Shown: piece after piece, positions 29,687-32,000 of the stretch
Numbering within the stretch: the stretch's first letter is position 1
Layout: each line of letters opens with the position of its first letter
Source of the DNA: Dubosiella newyorkensis
Lineage (GTDB): Bacteria > Bacillota_I > Bacilli_A > Erysipelotrichales > Erysipelotrichaceae
Reading direction: 5' to 3'
Length of the DNA stretch: 32,000 nucleotides
Assembly: GCF_001945605.1 (NCBI RefSeq)
Contig: NZ_MPKA01000065.1
Span: 1 to 32,000 of the forward strand
The notes under the pieces: model-generated
The model's database searches: none
What the model was told of the DNA's origin: nothing
The model's input: only the letters and a program-made list of their open reading frames with translations
Translations under genes and position numbers: made by a program

Positions 29687-32000
29687 TTATTTTTTCTTTT
29701 TGCCTTTTTTAGACAACATGCCAAGAACGCAAGTCGAAACGAACATAGAGGCGAACCAGATCGTTTGATGCGTGGCACTTGCCGTGCGGGCCGAAGAGCG
29801 ATTGGATCGCTCGGTCCGTGAAGCAGGATCCCTTCTAGAAGAAACGCTTCGTTTCGGGATTTCTTTCCATACGGCGATCCATGTCATATCTTCTTGGATC
29901 ATCAATGGTTCGCCTGGATCAAACGTATGGCCTTTTCCATCTTTCCATCCAATGAAACGATACCCGTCACGGATCGGCGCTTCGTGCGCCATGAAAAGCG
30001 TTCCTTTTGGATACGTGAATGTGGTTGGATCGTTCCAAGATCCGCCATTCAGATCATAGGTGATCGTGAACGTTGGCTCTTTTTCAGGATCGACTTTCTT
30101 CCACAACGCATAGAATGTTAGATCTTTAGCTTCCATCGTGACCGGCTCCTTCACTCGAAGCGATTCGAGCTCTTCGTTTTGATCCAAACCAAAAGCTTGT
30201 TCATGTTTCGATAAGCTCCAGCCAGCGAAGACTTCGTTTTCATTTCTTGTCAAATCATCCGAATTTGGAACTGTGATTTTTGTTCCTTTCTTCACGTTTG
30301 TTTGTGTCTTTTGATCGCCTCCTTTTCCACCATTGAGATCGTAGTATACCGAATATGTATCGAACACATCCGCGATCCCGTTTCGATCTAAATCGTAGCC
30401 CCATACCGCGTACACTATTTGATCTTGGTCTATGAGCTCGACTTCTTTGATCAAGTGGTTTTCCGGATCCTCATCTTCACGCGAATAGATTGGCAGCGCT
30501 TTTTCGCTCCATCCGATCCATACAACACACTTACCGTCATTCACGCTCATTGTCGGTTTCTTTTGAGAGAGCGTGATCGTATCTCCTGGCAAATGGAAGC
30601 TTCTTGACGGCATGCCGTGAGCTTTTCCGATTGAGTTCGTATTGGCGTTATAGATCAGCTGGACCATTTCCTTAAAATCGGCGACGCCATTTTGGTTCGC
30701 GTCTTGCGCCCATAAGGCATAAAGCGTCACGTTGTTGGCCGGCATCGTTAAATCCTTATCGGAAAATTTCAACTTCTCATACAATTTGCCATCCACCGCC
30801 TCTTCATGCTGCTGCAAGCTCCAGCCCACGAATACTTCATCCTCGCTTCGAACAAAGGCTTGTTGATCAAAGATCGAAACTTGTTCTCCTTTTTTGATCG
30901 GATCGACATGGGTAGGCAGCTCGCCTCGACCACCATTCAAATGATAGCTTAATGTGTATGTTTCCAAGACATCGGCGATTCCGTTTTGGTCGGTATCATA
31001 ACCCCAAACCGCATATACCGTCAGATCGTGGTTTTCGAGTTTGACTTCTTGAACCAACAAAGAAGTTGGATCTTCGTCTTTTCTTTCCAGGATCGGCAGC
31101 GCTTCTTGGCTCCAGCCAATAAACTTGACTTGAATTCCATCAACCGCTTCATGGACCGGTTCTCCTTCTAGAACAATCGTAGCGCCGGGCAGACACTGTT
31201 TTCGACTTTCTGGTAAATTTTTGACCAGCCCTTCTTTGGCATTGGCATCATAGTTCAGGCGGACAAATTCTTGATGATCGGCGACGCCGTTTTCATTACG
31301 GTCGCTTGCCCAAACGGCATAGACATCATTGACATCTTCCAATACGATCTCGCTATCCAGCAATTCCTGACTGATCTTGGCATGATCTTCCAGTGTTTCG
31401 ATGTCATTTTGCGGCGTCTTACTCCAGCCGACAAAGAGTGCTTTTTCTTTTTTGAAACTGTGGTTCTTGATCGTAGCGTCTTCTTTCGTTCGACCATACA
31501 AGTGTTGGGCGCTCGAAGAAAGAACCGCCTTGGTCTGAACGATATGGTGGTGTGGACAAATCACGACTTGTTCCTCATCTCCTGTATTCGAATGATAGGA
31601 AATATGGACTGCCTTTTCGGCATAATCCGGAATTCCGTTATGATCCAGGTCTTCTGCCCATAACGCATATACGATCACATCGTTGGAAGGCATCATGTAC
31701 TCGTCGTTTGTCACGATCGTTTTCAATATTTCGATGTCTGGATCGACATTCACGATCAAATCGATCTTTTCTGTGCTCCATCCTGCGAAGATCGCGTCGC
31801 CTTTTTTCAGTCCTTGCGGATGTTCGAGGATGATCTTCGATCCCGCTTTGACGGTTTGCGGTGAAGGAACCGTTCCCTCTTTGCCATTGAGATCATAAGA
31901 CAGAGTGTAGTCTTTTAAGAGATCGGCTTTGCCATTTCCATCTCGATCATATCCCCATAAAGCGTAGACGTGGATATCTTGACTTTCGAATGTGATCATC
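29687..32000 (-). CDS. C-terminal 770 aa of a large repeat-containing cell-surface protein (Listeria-Bacteroides/Flg_new-type repeats); the 5' end lies outside the window
   Basis: The frame is open to the window edge. Eight modules fit the pattern Y/F-x-[LIV]-x-Y-x-x-N-G-G...F-x-G-W...V/L-Y-A-x-W. The last is the most canonical: FTITYDLNGGSW...GYRFIGWKDGKG...MTWIAVW. The C-terminus is a hydrophobic helix plus KKGKKKK. Confidence 0.85.
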   Translation of the reverse strand, partial: MITFESQDIHVYALWGYDRDGNGKADLLKDYTLSYDLNGKEGTVPSPQTVKAGSKIILEHPQGLKKGDAIFAGWSTEKIDLIVNVDPDIEILKTIVTNDEYMMPSNDVIVYALWAEDLDHNGIPDYAEKAVHISYHSNTGDEEQVVICPHHHIVQTKAVLSSSAQHLYGRTKEDATIKNHSFKKEKALFVGWSKTPQNDIETLEDHAKISQELLDSEIVLEDVNDVYAVWASDRNENGVADHQEFVRLNYDANAKEGLVKNLPESRKQCLPGATIVLEGEPVHEAVDGIQVKFIGWSQEALPILERKDEDPTSLLVQEVKLENHDLTVYAVWGYDTDQNGIADVLETYTLSYHLNGGRGELPTHVDPIKKGEQVSIFDQQAFVRSEDEVFVGWSLQQHEEAVDGKLYEKLKFSDKDLTMPANNVTLYALWAQDANQNGVADFKEMVQLIYNANTNSIGKAHGMPSRSFHLPGDTITLSQKKPTMSVNDGKCVVWIGWSEKALPIYSREDEDPENHLIKEVELIDQDQIVYAVWGYDLDRNGIADVFDTYSVYYDLNGGKGGDQKTQTNVKKGTKITVPNSDDLTRNENEVFAGWSLSKHEQAFGLDQNEELESLRVKEPVTMEAKDLTFYALWKKVDPEKEPTFTITYDLNGGSWNDPTTFTYPKGTLFMAHEAPIRDGYRFIGWKDGKGHTFDPGEPLMIQEDMTWIAVWKEIPKRSVSSRRDPASRTERSNRSSARTASATHQTIWFASMFVSTCVLGMLSKKGKKKK
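29867..31999 (-). repeat. Tandem ~300-bp coding repeats (eight ~100-aa modules) inside the surface-protein gene
   Basis: Module ends (VYALW/VYAVW/LYALW/FYALW/IAVW) recur at residues 15, 114, 230, 332, 430, 533, 633 and 711 of the in-window translation. Confidence 0.8.

Noticed and set aside
29867-31999. Periodic DNA repeats at the right end, considered as a CRISPR array, satellite or IS fragments.
   Set aside because: The period (~300 bp) and the continuous 770-codon open frame show they are in-frame protein-domain repeats. There are no short identical direct repeats separated by unique spacers.
1-32000. Search by eye for tRNA, rRNA, CRISPR arrays, transposases, integrases, phage genes and toxin-antitoxin pairs.
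   Set aside because: None were found. The only candidate foreign DNA is the 5458-7722 islet, which lacks any mobility gene or flanking direct repeats that I could detect.

Overview
Chromosomal window from a low-GC Gram-positive bacterium (Bacillota). This is supported by two T-box leaders, CcpA-type cre boxes and a sepF-ylmH-ileS arrangement; I cannot name the species. There are about 30 genes, mostly on the minus strand.

Confident core genes:
- ppdK
- an lctA-lctBCD-type lactate dehydrogenase/EtfAB operon
- an atypical PurF-like gene
- ileS and tyrS, each behind a T-box
- ylmH, sepF and hpf
- an aroF-type DAHP synthase and a TIGR01212 radical-SAM gene
- GntR- and LacI-family regulators
- a patatin-like lipase
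- the last 2.3 kb of a very large repeat-rich surface-protein gene that runs off the right edge

The left 5.4 kb is a run of small accessory genes: DUF4177, ABM, DUF1653, a membrane PPPDE-like protein, YjbR, two tandem histidine phosphatases (one frameshifted) and an esterase.

The most interesting feature is a ~2.3 kb AT-rich, GATC-poor islet (5458-7722) wedged between native genes. It carries an NprR/RNPP-like HTH plus helical-repeat regulator. Facing the regulator are an unannotated 52-codon secreted-peptide ORF and a secreted protein of unknown family. Together these look like a candidate peptide-signalling cassette that I cannot match to a described system.

Other notable points:
- roughly 5-fold GATC over-representation confined to native coding sequence
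- a decaying locus at 24.4-25.7 kb
- predicted regulatory sites: an LldR-type operator, cre boxes and aroF leader terminators

I saw no rRNA, tRNA, CRISPR array, transposase or integrase. All coordinates of small motifs come from manual counting, and family assignments come from remembered signatures, not searches.
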